Shown here piece after piece: positions 43,201-58,200 of a DNA stretch of 64,000 nucleotides. The DNA comes from the human T2T-CHM13v2.0 reference genome, Homo sapiens. Numbering within the stretch: position 1 is the stretch's first letter; the number at the start of each line of letters is the position of its first letter. The stretch is taken from NCBI RefSeq assembly GCF_009914755.1, contig NC_060933.1. One strand, written 5' to 3'. The position numbers and the translations under genes were made by a program. The notes beneath the pieces were generated by a model. The model worked only from the letters and a program-made list of their open reading frames with translations, had not been told where the DNA came from and did no database searches.

Positions 43201-46200
43201 GTTGAATGCTAACATCAAAAACAACTTTCTGAGTATGCTTCTGTCTAGTTTCTATGTGAAGATATTCCCGTTTCCAGCGATGGTCTCAAAGCTGTGCAAT
43301 ATCCACTTGCAAATTCTACAAGAAGAGTTTTTCAAATCTGCTGCATCAAAACAAAGGTTCAACTCCGTGAGTTGAATGCACACATCACAAAGAATTTTCT
43401 TAGAATGCTTTTGTTTAGTTATTATGAGAAGATATTCCCGTTTCCAACGAAAGACTCAAAGTTGTCCAAATATGCACTTGTAAATGTTTCAAAAAGAGTG
43501 ATTCAAAACTGCGCTATCAAAAGAAAGAATCATCTCTGTGAGTTGAGTACACACATCACAAGGAAGTTTCTGAGAATGCTTCTGTCTAGTTTTTATGGGA
43601 AGATATTTCCTTTTTCACCATAGGCCTCAAAGCACACAAAATGTCCACTTGCTGATCCTACAAAAAGAGTGTTTCAAAAATGCTCTATCAAAAGAAAGGT
43701 TAAACTCTGTTAGTTGAGTACACACATCACAAACAAGTTTCTGAGAATGCTTCTGTCTAGTTTTAATGTGAAGATATTCTCGTTTCCAACGAAAGCCTCA
43801 AAGCTATCCAAATATCCACTTGCAGACACTACAAAAAGATTGTTTCAAAACTTCTCTATCAAAAGAAAGGTTAAACTCAGTGAGTTGAGTACACACATCA
43901 CAAAGAAGTTTCTGAGAATGCTTCCGTCTAGTTTTTATGTGAAGATATTCCCGTTTCCAATGAAGGCCACAAAGCGCTCTAAATGTGCACTTGCAGATTA
44001 CACAAAAAAAGTGTTTCAAATCTGCTCTATCAAAAGACAGGTCCAAATACGTGAGTTGAGTGCTCACATCACAAATAAGATTCTGACAATGCTTCTGTCT
44101 AGTTTTTATGTTAAGATACTTCATTTTTCACCATAGGCCTCAAAACACACCAAAATGTCCACTTGCAGATCCTACAAAGAGAGTGTTTCATAACTGCTCT
44201 ATAAAAAGACGGATTCAACTCTGTGAGTTCAATGCACATATTGCAAAGATATTTCTGATAATGATTCTGTCTAGTTTTTATGTGAAGGTATTCCCTTTTC
44301 GAACGAAGGCCTCAAAGTGCTCCAAATGACCACTTGCAGATTCTACAAAAAGAGTGTTTAAAAACTACTCTGTGAAAAGGAATGCTCAAATCTGTGTGTT
44401 GAATGCAAACATCACAAAGAAGTTTCTGAGAATGCTTCTGTCTAGTTATTATGTGAAGATATTCCCGTTTCCAACGAAAGCCTAAATCCTATCCAAATAT
44501 CCACTTGCAGATTCTACAAAAAGAGTGTTTCAAAACTGCTCTATCAAAAGAAAATTCAACACTGTGATTTAAGTACACACATCACAAAGAAGTTTCTGAG
44601 AATACTTCTGTCTAGTTTTTATGTGAATATATTTCCTTTTTCACCATGGTCCTGAAAGCGCTCCAAATGTCCAATTCCAGATACTACAAAAAGAGTGTTT
44701 CAAAACTGCTCTATGAAAGGGAATTTCCAACTCTGTGAGGTGAATGCAAACTTCACTAAGATGTTTCTGAGAATGCTTCTGTCTCGTTTTTATATGAAGA
44801 TATACCCGTTTCCAACGAAGGCCACAAAGCACTCCAAATGTCCACTTGCAGATTCCACAAGAAGAGTGTTTCAAATCTCCTCTATCAAAAGAAAGGTACA
44901 ACACTGTGAGTTGAGTACACACATCACCAAGAAGTTTCTGAGAGTTCTTCTGTCTAGTTTTTATGTGAAGATATTTCCTTTTTCACTATAGGCCTCAAAG
45001 CGTACCAAAAGTCCACTTGCAGATACTACAAAAAGTGTGTTTCAAAACTACCCTATGAAAAGGAATGTTCAACTCCATGAATTGAATGCAAACATCACAA
45101 GGATGTTTCTGAGTATGCTTCTGTCTAGTTTTTATGTGAAGATATTCCCGTTTCCAGCGAAGGTCTCAAAGCTGTCCAAATATCCACTTGCAAATTCTAC
45201 AAAAAGAGTGTTTCAAATCGGCTCTATCAAAAGAAAGTTTCAACACTGTGAGTTGAATGCACACATCACAAAGGAGTTTCTGAGAATGCTTCTGCCTAGT
45301 TTTTATGTTAAGATGTTTCCTTTTACACCATGGGCCTCAAAGCACACAAAATGTCCACTTGCAGATCCTATAAAAAGAGTGTTTCAAAAATGCTCTATCA
45401 AAAAAAGGGTTCAACTCTGTGAGTTGATTGCACACATAACAAAGGTGTTTCTGATAATGATTCTGTCTAATTTTTATGTGAAGTATTCCCGTTTCGAACG
45501 AAGGCCTCAGAGTGCTCCAAATGACCTTTAGCAGATTCTACAAAAAGAGTGTTTCAAAACTGCTCTATGAAAAGGAATTTTCAACTCTGCGAGTTGAATG
45601 CAAGCATCACAAAGAAGTTTCTGAGAATGCTTCTGTCTAGTTTTCATGTGAAGATATTTCCTTTTTCACCATAGTCCTCAAAGCGCTCTAAATCTCCACT
45701 TACAGATACTACAAAAAGAGTGTTTCAAAACTGCTCTATCAAAAGAAAGGTTCAACTCTGTGAGTTGAGTGCACACATCACAAATATGTTTCTGAGAAGG
45801 CTTCTGTCTAGTTTTTATGTTAAGATATTTCCTTTTTCACCAAAGGCCTCAAAGCACACCAAATGTCCACTTGCAGATTCTACAGAGTGTTTCAAAACTG
45901 CTCTAGAAAAGAATGGTTCAACTCTGTGAGTTGAATGCACACATCAGAAAGGTTTTTCTGATAATGCTTCTGTCTAGTTTTTATGTGAAGATAGTCCCAT
46001 TTTGAACGAAGGCCTCAAGGCGCTCCAAATGAACACTTGAAGATCCTACAAAAAGAGTGTTTCAAAACTGCTCTATGAAAGGGAATTTTCAACTCCGTGA
46101 GTCGAATGCAAACATCAAAAAGAAGTTTCTGAGAATGCTTCTGTCTAGTTTTTATGTGAGGATATTCCCGTTTCCATGGAAATCCTCAAAGCTATCCAAA

Positions 46201-49200
46201 TATCCACTTGCAGATACTACAAAAAGATTGTTTCAAAATTGGTCTATCAAAATAAAGTTCAACTCTGTGAATTGAGTACACACATCACAAAGAAGTCTCT
46301 GATAATTCTTCTGACTAGTTTTTATTAGAAGATATTTCCATTTTCACCATAGGCCTCAAATCGCTCCAAATGTCCACTTCCAGATACTACAAAAAGTGTG
46401 TTTCAAAACTGCTCTATGTAAGCGAATTTTCAAATCTGTGAGTTGAATGCAAACATCACAAAGAAGTTTCTGAGAATGCTTCTGTCTAGTTTTTATGTGA
46501 AGCCATTCCCGTTTCCTACGAAATCCTCAAAGCTATCCAAATATCCACTTGCAGATTCTACAAAAAGAGTGTTTCAAAACTGCTCAATCAAAAGAATAGT
46601 TCACCTCTCTGAGTTGAGTACACACCTCACAAAGAAGTTTCGGAGAATTCTTATGTCTATTTTTTATGGGAAGATATTTCCTTTTTTATCATAGACCTCA
46701 AAGCCCTCCAAGCTTCCACTTATGTATTCTACAAAAAAAGTGTTTCAAAACTGCTCTATGAAAAGGAATGTTCAATTCTGTGAGTTGAATGCAAGCATCA
46801 CAAAGAAGTTTCTGACAATGCTTCTGTGTAGTTTTTATGTGAAGATATACCCATTTCCAGCGAAGGCCTCCAATCTGTCCAAATATCCACTTCCAAATTC
46901 TACAAAAAGATTGTTTCCAATCTCCTCTATCAAAAGAAAATTTCAACTCTGTGAGTTGAATGCACACATCACAAAAAAGTTTCTGAGAATGCTTCTGTCT
47001 AGTTTTTTGTGAAGATATTCCCTTTTCCAAAGAAATCCTCAATGCTGTCTTAATATCTACTTGTAAATTCTACAAGAAGAGTGTTTCAAAACTGCTGTAT
47101 CAAAGGAAAGGTTTAACTCTGTGAGTTGAGTACACACATCACAAAGTAGTTTCTGAGAATGCTTCTGTCTACTTTTTATGTGAAGATATTTTATTTTTCA
47201 CCATAGGTCTCAAATCGCTCCAAATATCCAATTGCATATTCCTCAAAAAGAGTGTTTCAAAACTGCTCTATGGAAAGGAATGTTCAACTCTGTGAGATGA
47301 ATGCAAGCATCACAAATAAGTCTCTGAGAATGCTTCTGTCTAGTTTTTATGTGAAGATATTCCCGTTTCCAATGAAATTCTCAAAGCTATCCAAATATCC
47401 ACTTGCACACCCTACAAAAAGAGTGTTTCAAAACTGCTCTATCAAAAGAAAAGTTTAACTCTGTGAATTGAGTACACACATCACAAAGAAGTTTCTGAGA
47501 GTTCTTCTGTCTAGTTTTTATTGGAAGATATTTCCTTTTTCAGCATATGCCTCAAAGAGCTCCATGTTTCCACTTACAGATACTTCAAAAAGAGTGTTTC
47601 AAAACTGCCCTATGAAAAGGAATGTTCAACTCTGTGAGTTGAATACAAGCATCAAAAAAAAGTTTCTGAGAATGCTTCTGTCTAGTTTTTATGTGAAGAC
47701 ATTCCCGTTTCCAACGAAAGCCTCAAATTTATCCAAATATCCACTTGCAGATTATACAAAAAGAATGTTTCAAAACTGCAGTATCAACAGAAAGGTTCAA
47801 CTCTGTGAGTTGAGTACGCACATCACAGAGAAGTTTCTGAGAATGCTTCTGTCTAGTTTTTATGTGAAGATATTTCCTTTTTCAGCATAGGCCTCAAAGC
47901 GCTCCAAATGTCCTTTTCCAGGTACTACAAAAAGAGTGTTTCAAAACTGCTCTATGAAAGGGAATATTCAACTGTGTGAGTTGAATGCAAACATCACGAA
48001 GAAGTTTCTGAGAATGCCTCTGACTAGTTTTTATGTGAAGATATTCCCGTTTCCAACGAAAGCCTCAAAGGTGTCCAAATATTCCCTTGCAGATCCTACA
48101 AAGAGAGTGTTTCAAAACTACTCTAAAAAAAGAAATGTTCAACTCTGTGAGTTGAGTACACATATCGCAAAGAAGTTTCTTAGCATGCTTCTGTCTTGTT
48201 TTTATTTGTAGATCTTCCGGTTTCCAGTGAAGGCCTCAAAGCTGTCCAAATATCCACTTGCAAATTCTACATAAAGAGGGTTTCCAATCTGCTCTATCAA
48301 AAGAAATGTTCAACACTGTGAGTTGAATGCACTCATCACAAAGTAGTTTCTGAGAATGCTTCGATCTAATTTTTATGTGAAGATATTTCCTTCTTCATCA
48401 TAGGCCTCAAAGCGTTCAAAATATCCACTTCCAGATACTACAAAAAGAGTGTTTCAAAACTGCTCCATGGAAAGTAATGTTCAACTCTGTGAGTTGAATG
48501 TACACATCACAAAGAAGTTTCTGAGAATGCTTCTGTCTAGTATTTATGTGAAGATATTTCCTTTTTCAACAATGGCCTCAAAGTGCTCCAAAAGTCCCCT
48601 TGCAGATACTACAAAAATATTGTTTCAAAACTGCTCTATGAAAGGGAATGTTCAACTCTGTGAGTTGAATGCACACATCACAAAGAAGTTTCTGAGAATG
48701 CTTCTGTCTAGTTTTCATGTGAAGATATTTCATTTTTCACCATAGGCCTCAAAGCACTCCAAAAGTCCGCTTGCAGATACTACAAAAGGAGTGTTTCAAA
48801 ACTGCCCTATGAAAAGTAATGTTCAACTCTGTGAGTCGAATGCAAACATCACAAAGAAGTTTCTGAGAATTCTCATGTCTACTTTTTATGTGAAGATATT
48901 CGCGTTTCCCATGAAAAACTCAAAGTTATCCAAATATCCACTTGCAGATTCTACAAAAAGAGTGTTTCAAAACTCTCTATCAAAAGAAAGTTTCAACTCT
49001 GTGAGTTGAGTACACACATCACAAAGAAGTATCTTGGAATTCTTCTGTCTAGTTTTTATGGGAAGATACACCCGTTTCCAATGAAAGCGTCAAAGCTGTC
49101 CAAATATCCACTTGCAAATTCTACAAAAAGAGTGTTTCAAATCCGCTCTATCAAAAGTAAGTTTCAACTCTGTGAGTTGAATGCACACATCACAAAGATG

Positions 49201-52200
49201 TTTCTGAGAATGCTTCTGTCCAGTTTTTATGTGAAGATACTCCCGTTTCCCATGAAAGCGTCAAAGCTGTCCAAATATTCATTTGCAAATTCTACAAAAA
49301 GAGTGTTTCCAATCTGCTCTATTTAAAGAAAGTTTCAACACTGTAAGTTGAATGAACATATCCCAAAGAAGTTTCTGAGAATGCTTCTATCTAGTTTTTA
49401 TATGAAGATATTCCCGTTACCAACCAAAGCTTCAAAGCTGTCCAAATATCCACTTGTAAATGCTTCAAAAATAGTGATTCAAAACTGCTCTAGCAAAGGA
49501 AAGATTCATCTCTGTGAGTTGAGTGCACACATCACAAAGAAGTTTCTGAGAATGCTTTTGTCTAGTTTTTATGTGAAGATATTTCCTTTTTCACCATAGG
49601 CCACCAAGTGCTCCAAATCTCCACTTGCAGATTCTACAAAAAGACTGTTTCAAAACTGCTCTATGAAAAGGAATGTTCATCTCTGTGAGTTGAATGAAAG
49701 CATCACAAAGAAGTTTCTGAGTATGCTTCTGTCTGGTTTTTATGTGAAGATATTCCCATGTCCAAGGAAAGCCTTAAAGGTGTCCTAAGAGCCACTTGTA
49801 AATTCTACAAGAAGAGTGTTTCCAAGCTGCTCTATCAAAAGAAGGGTTTAACTCCGGGAGTTGAGTACACACATTATAAAGATGTTTCTGAGAATGCTTC
49901 TGTCTAGTTTCTATGTGAAGATATTCCCGTTTCGAACGAAGGCCTCAAAGTGCTCCAAATGACAACTTACAGATTCTGCAAAAAGAGTGTTTAAAAAATG
50001 CTCTATGAAAAGGAATGTTCAACCCTGTGAGTTGTGTGCACACATCACAAATAAGTTTTTGAGAATGCTTTTGACTAGTTTTTATGTGAAAATATTCTCG
50101 TTTCCAACGAAAGCCTCAAAGTTGTCCAAATATTCCCTTGCAGATCCTATAAAGAGAGGGTTTCAAAGCTGCTCTATGAAAAAGAAATGTTCAACTCTGT
50201 GAGTTGAGGACACGCATCACAAAGATGTTTCCCAGAATGTTTCTGTCTTGTTTTTATGTGAAGGTATTCCCGTTTCCTGTGAAGGCCTCTAAGCTGTCCA
50301 AATATCCACTTGAAAATTCTACAAAAAGAGTGTTTCCAATCTGCTCTATGAAAAGAAAGGTTCCACTGTGTGAGTTGAATGCACACATCACAAAGAGGTT
50401 TCTGAGAATGCTTCTGTCTACTTTTTATGTGAAGATATTACCTTTTTCACCATAGGACTCAAAGCGCTCCATATATCCAATTCCAGATACTACAATAAGA
50501 GTGTTTCAAAACTGCTCTATGAAAGGGAATGTTCACCTCTGTGGGTTGAATGCAAACATCACCAAGAAATTTCTGAGAATGCTTCTGTCTAGTTTTTATG
50601 TGAAGATATTCCCGTTTCCAATGAAGGCCACAAAGCACTCCAAATGTCCACGTGCAGATTAAACAAAAAGGGTGTTTCAAAACTGCTGTATCAAAAGAAA
50701 GGTTCCACTCTGTGAGTTGTCTGCACACATCACAAATAAGTTTCTGACAATAATTCTGTCGAGTTTTTATATTAAGATATTTCCTTTTTCACCATAGGCC
50801 TCAAAGCACACCCAATGTCCACTTGCAGATACTATAAAGAGAGTGTTTCAAAACTCCTCTAACAAAAGAAAGGTTTAATTCTGTCAGTTCAATGCGCACA
50901 TCACAAAGATGTGTCTGGTAATGATTCTGTCTAGTTTCTATGTGAAGATATTCCTGTTTCAAAAGAAGGCCTCAAAATGCTCCAAATGACCACTTGGAGA
51001 TTCTACAAAAAGTGTTTCAAAACTCCTCTATGAAAAGAAATGATCAAATCTGTGAGTTGAATGCAAACATCACAAAGAAGTTTCGGAGAATGCTTCTGTC
51101 TAGTTTTTATGTGAAGATATTCCCGTTTTTAAGGAAAGCTTGAAAGGTGTCCTAATATCCACTTTTAAATTTTACAAAAAGAGTGTTTCAAAACTGCTCT
51201 ATCAAAAGAAAGCTTTATCTCTGTGAGTTCAGTACACACATTACAAACCAGTTTCTGAGAATGCTTCTGTCTAGTTTTTATGTGAAGATATTTCCTTTTT
51301 CACCATAATCCTCAAAGCGCTCCAAATGTCCACTTCCAGATATTACAAAAAGAGTGTTTCAAAACTGCTCTATGAAAAAAAATGTTCAACTCTGAGAGTT
51401 GAATGCAGACATCACAAAGAAGTTTCTGAGAATGCTTCTGTCTAGTTTTTATGTGAAGATATTTCCTTTTTCAACATAGGCCTCAAAGCACAACAAATGT
51501 CCACCTGCCGATTCTACAAAGAGAGTGTTTCAAAGCTTCTCTATCAAAAGAAGGTTTCAACTCTGTGAGTTGAATGCACACTTCACAAAGGTGTTTCTGA
51601 CAATGCTTCTGCCTAGTTTTTATGTGAAGATATTCCCGATTCGAACAAAGGCCTCAAAGCGCTACAATTGACCACTTCCAGATTCTACAAAAAGAGTGTT
51701 TCAAATCTGCTCTATGAAAAGCAATGTTCAATTCTGTGAGTTGAATGCAAACATCACAAAAATTTTCTGAGAATTCTTCTGTTTAGTTTTTATATGACGA
51801 TATTTCCTTTTTCACCATAGACCTCAAAGGGCTCCAAGTGTCCACTTACAGATTCTACAAAAAGAGAGTTTCAAAACTGCTCTATGAAAAGTAATGTTCA
51901 ACTCTGTGGGTTGAATGCAAACATCACAAAGTAGTTTCTGAGAATGCTTCTGTCTAGTTTTTATGTGAAAATATTCCCATTTCCAGCGAAGGCCTCAAAG
52001 CTGTCCAAATATCCACTTGCAAATTCTATAAAAAGAGTGTTTCAAATCTGCTCTATCAAAGGAAAGTTTCAACTCTGTGAGTTGAATGCGCACATCACAA
52101 AGAAGTTTCTGAGAATGCTTCTCTCTGCTTTTTATGTGAAGATATTCCCGTTTCCAACGAAAGCCTCAAAGCTGACCTAATATCCACTTGTAAATTCTAC

Positions 52201-55200
52201 AAAAAGTGTGTTTCAGCACTGCTCTATCAAAAGAAAGCTTTTACTCTGTGAGTTGAGTACACACATAGCAAAGTAGTTTCTGAGAATGCTTCTGGCTACT
52301 TTTTATGTGTAGACATTTCTTTTTTCACCATAGGCCTCAAATCGTTCCAAATGTCCACTTGCAGATTCTACAAAAAGAGTGTTTCAAAACTCCTCTATGA
52401 AAAGGAATGGTCAACTCTGTGAGTTGAATGCAAACATCACAAAGATGTTTCTGAGAATGCTTCTGCCTAGTTTTTATGTGAAAATATTCCGTTTCCAATG
52501 AAAGCCTCAAAGCTGTCCAAGTATTCCCTTGTAGATCCTACAAAGAGAGTGTTTCAAAACTGATCTATGAAAAAGAAACGTTAAACTCTGTGAGTAGAGG
52601 ACACACATCACAAAGAAGTTTCTTAGAATGCTTCTGTCTTGTTTTTATGTGAAGATATTCCTGTTTCCAGTGAAGGCCTCGAAGCTGTCCAAATATCAAC
52701 TTGCAAATTCTACAAAAAGAGTTTTTCCAATCTGCTCTATGAAAAGAAAAGTTCAACTCTGTGAGTTTAATGCACACGTTTCAAAGAAGTTTCTGAGAAT
52801 GTTTCCATCTGGTTTTTATGAGAAGATATTTCATTTTTCACCATAGGCCTCAAAGCGCTCCAAATGTCCACTTCCAGATGTTACAAAAAGAGTGTTTCAA
52901 ACCTGCTCTGTGAAAAGGAATGTTCAACTCGGTGAAATGAATGCAAACATCACAAAGAAGTTTCTGAGAATTCTTCTGTCTATTTTTTTGTGTGAAGATA
53001 TTTCTTTCCCACCATACTCCTCAAAGCTCTCCAAATGTCCACTTTCAGATTCCACAAAAAGGGAGTTTCAAAACTGCTCTGTCAAAAGAAAGGTTCAACT
53101 CTGTGAGTTGAGTGCACACATCACAAACAAGCTTATGAGAATGCTTCTGACTAGTTTTTATTTTAAGATATTTCCTTTTTCACCATAGGCCTCAAAGCAC
53201 ACCAAATGTCCACTTGCAGATTCTACAAAGACAGTGTTTCAAAACTGCTGTATCAAAGGAGCGGCTCAACTCTGTGAGTTGAAGGCACACATCACAAAGA
53301 TGATTCTGATAATGATTCTGTCTAGCTTTTCTGTGAAGATATTCCCTTTTTGAACGAAGGCCTCAAAGCGCTCCAAATGACCACTTGCACATTCTACAAA
53401 AAGAGTGTTTCAAAACTGCTCTATGAAAAGGAATGTTCAACTCTGTGAGTTGAATGCAAACATCACAAAGAAGTTTCTGAGACAGCTTCTGACTTGTTTT
53501 TATGTGAAAATATTCCCGTTACCAATGAGAGCCTCAAATCTCTCCAAATATCAACTTGCAGATCGTACAAAGAGTGTTTCAAAATTTCCCTATCAAAAGA
53601 AATGTTCCACTCTGTGAGTTGAGGACACACATCACGAAGAAGTTTCTTAGAATGCTTCTGTCTTGTTTTTATGTGAAGATATTCCCGTTTCCTGTGAAGG
53701 CCTCAAATTTGTCCAAATACCCACTTGTAAATACTACAAAAAGAGTGTTTCCAATCTGCTCTATCAAAAGAAAGGTTTAACTCTGTGAGTTGACTGCACA
53801 CATCTCAAAGAAGTTTCTGAGAATGCTTCTGTCTAGTTTTCATATGAAGACATTTCCTTTTTCACTGTAGGTCTCATAGCACAACAAATGTCCACTTGCA
53901 GATTCTACAAAGAGAGTGTTTCAAAACTGCTCTATAAAAAGAAAGGTTCATCTCTCTGACTTCACTACACACATCACAAAGAAGTTTCCGAGGATGCTTC
54001 TGTCTAGTTTTCATGTGAAGGTATTTCCTTTTTCGCCATAGGCCTCAAAGCCCCCCAAATATCCACTTCCAGATACTACAAAAGAGTGTTTCAAAACTGC
54101 TCTATGAAGAGGAATGTTCAATTCTGTGAGTTGAATGTAAGCATCACAAAAAGTTACTGAGAATGCTTCTGTCTAGTTTTTTTGTTAAGATATTTCTTTT
54201 TCACCGTAGACCTCAAAGCACACCAAATGTCCACTTGCAGATCTACAAAGAGAGTGTTTCAAAACTGCTCTATCAAAAGAAGGGTTCAACTCTGTGAGTT
54301 GGATGCACACATCAGAAAGATGTTTCTGATAATGATTCTGTCTAATGTTTATGTGACGATATTTCCTTTTTCACCTTAGGCCTCAAAGCGCTCCAAATGT
54401 CCCCTTCCAGATACTACAAAAAGAGTGTTTCAAAACTGCTCTATCAAAAGAAAGGTTCAAGTCTGTGAGTTGAGTGCACACATCACAAAGAAGTTTCTGA
54501 GAATGCTTCTGTCTAGTTTTTATGTGAAGATAGTCCCGTTTCCAAAGAAAGCGTCAAAGCTGTCCAAATATCCAATTGCAAATACTACAAAAAGAGTGTT
54601 TCCAATCTGCTCTATTAAAAGAAAGTGTCAACACCGTGAGTTGAATGCACACTTTACAAAGAAGTTTCTGAGAATTCTTCTGTCTAGTTTTTATGTGAAG
54701 ATACTCCCGTTTCCAATGAAAGCCTCAAAGCTGTCCAAGTATCCACTTGGAAATGCTTCAAAAGGAGTGATTCAAAACTGCTGCAGCAAAAGAAAGGTTC
54801 AACTCTGTGAGTTGAGTACACACTTCACAAAGAAGTTTCTGAGAATGCTTTTGTCTCGTTTTTATGTGAAGATATTTCCTTTTTCACCATAGGCCACCAA
54901 GCGCTCCAAATGTCCACTTGCAGATTCCAGAAAGAGTGTTTCAAAACTGCTCTATAAAAAGGAATGTTCAACTCTGTGAGTTGAATGCAAACATCACAAA
55001 GAAGTTTCTGAGAATGTTTCTGTCTGGTTTTTATATGAAGATATTCCCATTTCCAAGGAAAGCCTCAAAGCTATCCTAATATCCACTTGCAAATTCTACA
55101 AGAAGAGTGTTTCAAAACTGCTCTATCAAAGGAAAGATTTAAATCTGTGAGTTGAGTACACATATCACAAAGAAGTTTCTGAGAATGCTTCTGTCTAGTT

Positions 55201-58200
55201 TTTATGTGAAGATATTTCTTTTCACCATTGGCCTCAAAGCGCTCCAAACGTCCACTTCCAGATTCTACAAAAAGAGTGTTTCAAAACTGCTCTATGAAAG
55301 GGAATGTTCAACTCTGTGAGTTGAATGTCAACATCACAAAGAAGTTTCTGAGAATGCTTCTGTCTAGTTTTTATGTGAAGATATTCCCGTTTCCAACGTA
55401 GGCCACAAAGCGTTCCAAATGTGCGCTTGCAGATTCCACAAAAAGAGGGTTTCAAAATTTCTCTCTCAAAAGAAAGGTTCAACTATGTGAGCTGAGTGCA
55501 CACATCACAAATAAGTTTCGGAGAATGCGTCTGTCTAGTTTTCATGTTAACATATTTCCGTTTTCACCACAAGCCTCAAAGCACACCAAAAGTCCACTTG
55601 CAGATTCTACAAAGAGAGTGTTTCAAAACTGCTCTATCAAAAGAAGAGTTCAATTCTCTGAGTTGAATGCAGAAATCACAAAGATGTTGCTGATAATAAT
55701 TCTGTCTAGTTTTTAAATGAAGATATTCCTGTTTCGAACGAAGGCCTCAAAGTGCTCCAAAGGACCACTGTAGATTCTGCAAAAAGAGTGTTTCAAAACT
55801 GCTCTATGACAAGGAATGTTCAACTCTGTGAGTTGAATGCAAATATCACAATGAAGTTTCTGAGAATGCTTCTTTCTAGTTTTTATGTGAAGATATTCTC
55901 GTTTCCAACGAAGGCCACAAAGTGCTCCTAATGTCCAGGTGCAGATTGCACAAAAATAATGTTTCAAAACTGCTCTATCAAAAGATAGGTTCAACTCTGT
56001 GAGTGGAGTGCACACATCACAAATAAGTTTCTGAGAATGCTTCTGTCAACTTTTTATGTTAAGATATTTCCTTTTGCATGATAGGCCTCATGCACAACAA
56101 ATGTCCACTTGCACATACTACAAAGAGAGTGTTTCAAACTGCTCTATCAAAAGAAGGGTTCAACTCTGTGAGTTTAATGCACACATCACAAAGTTGTTTC
56201 TGAAAATGCTTCGATCTAGTTTTTATGTGAAGATATTCCCGTTTTGAAGGAAGGCATCAAAGCACTCCAAATGACCACTTGCAGATTCTACAAAAAGAGT
56301 GTTTCGAAACTGCTCTATGAAAAGGAATGTTCAACTCTGTGAGTTGGCAGCACACATCGCAAAGTAGTTTCTGAGAATGCTTCTGTCTGGTTTTTATGTG
56401 AAGATATTCCCTTTTCCACCATAGGCCTCAAAGCACTCCAAATGTCCAAGTGCAGATTCTACAAAAAGAATGTTTCAAAACTGCTCTATGAAAAGAAATG
56501 CTCAACTCTGTGAGTTGAACGCAAAAATCAAAAAGCAGTTTACTAGAACGCTTCTAACTAGTTTTTATGTGAAGATACACCCGTTTCCAAAGAAGGCCTC
56601 AAAGCTGTGCAAATATCCACTTGCAAATTCTACAAAAAGAGTGTTTCCAATCTGCTCTATCAAAAGAAAGTTTCAACTCGGTGAGTTGAATGCACATGTC
56701 AGAAAGCAGTTTCTGAAAATGCTTCTGTCCAGTTTTTATGTGAAGATACTCCCCATTCCAATGAAATCCTCAAACCTGTCAGAATATTTAATTGTAAATT
56801 CTACAAGAAGAATGTTTCGAAACTGCTCTATCAAAAGACGGTTTAACTCTGTGAGTTGAGTACACACAACACAAAGGAGTTCCTGAGAATACTTCTGTCT
56901 AGTTTTTATGTGAAGATATTTCCTTTTTCAACATAGGCCTCAAAGCGCTCGAAATGTCCACTAGCAGATACTACAAAAAGAGTGTTTTAAAACTGCTGTA
57001 TGAAAAGAAATGCTGAACTCTGTGAGCTGAATGCAAACATCACAAAGAAGTTTCTGAGAATGCTTCTGTCTAGTTTTTATGTGAACATATTCGCGTTCCC
57101 AATGAATGCCACAAAGCTGTCCAAATATCCACTTGTAATTGCTTCAAAAAGAGTGAATCAAAACTGCTCTAGCAAAAGAGAGATTCATCTCTGTGAGTTG
57201 AGTACACACATCACAAAGAAATTTCTGAGAATGCTTTTGTCTAATTTTTATGTGAAGATATTTCCTTTTTCACTGTAGGCCTCCAAGCGCTCCAAATGTC
57301 CATTTGCAAATTGTACAAAAAGGGTTTTTCAAAACTACTCTATGAAAAGGAATGTTCAACTCTGTGATTTGATTGCAAACATGAGAAAGAAGTTTCTGAG
57401 AATGCTTCTGTCTGGTTATTATATGAAGATATTCCCGTTTCCAACGAAAGCCTCAAAGCTGTCGAAATATCCACTTTAAATTCTACAAGTAGAGTATTTC
57501 AAAACTGCTCTATCAAAAAAAAGGTCTAACCCTGTGAGTTGAGGGCACACATCACAAAGAAGTTTTTGAGAATGCTTCTGTCTAGTTTTTATGTGAAGAT
57601 ATTTCCTTTTTCCCCATAGACCTCAAAGCGCTCAAAATGTCCACTTCCAGATATTAGAAAAACTGTGTTTCAAAACTGCTCTATGAAAGGGAATGTTCAA
57701 CTCTGTGAGTTGAATTCAAACATCACAAAGGAGTTTCTGAGAATGCCTCTGTGTAGTTTTTATGTGAGGATATTCCCGTTTCCAACGAAGGCCACAAAGC
57801 GCTCCAAATGTCCTCGTGCAGATTCCACAAAAAGAGTGTTTCAAAACTGCTCTATCAAAATAAAGGTTCAACTCTGTGAGTTGAGTTAACACTTCACAAA
57901 TAAGTTTCTGAGAATGCATCTGCCTAGTTTTTATGTTAAGATATTTCCTTTTTCACCATAGGCCTCAAAGCACACCAAATATCCACTTGCAGATTCTACA
58001 AAGAGAGTGTTTCAAAACTGCTCTATCAAAAGAAGGGTTCAACTCTGTGAGTTCAATGCACACATCACGAAGATGTTTCTGATAATGCTTCTGTCTAGTT
58101 TTTATGTGAAGATATTCTCCTTTTGAACGAAAGCCTCAAAGAGCTCCAAATGAACGCTTGCAGAGTCTACAAAAAGAGTGTTTCGAAACTGCTCTATGAA

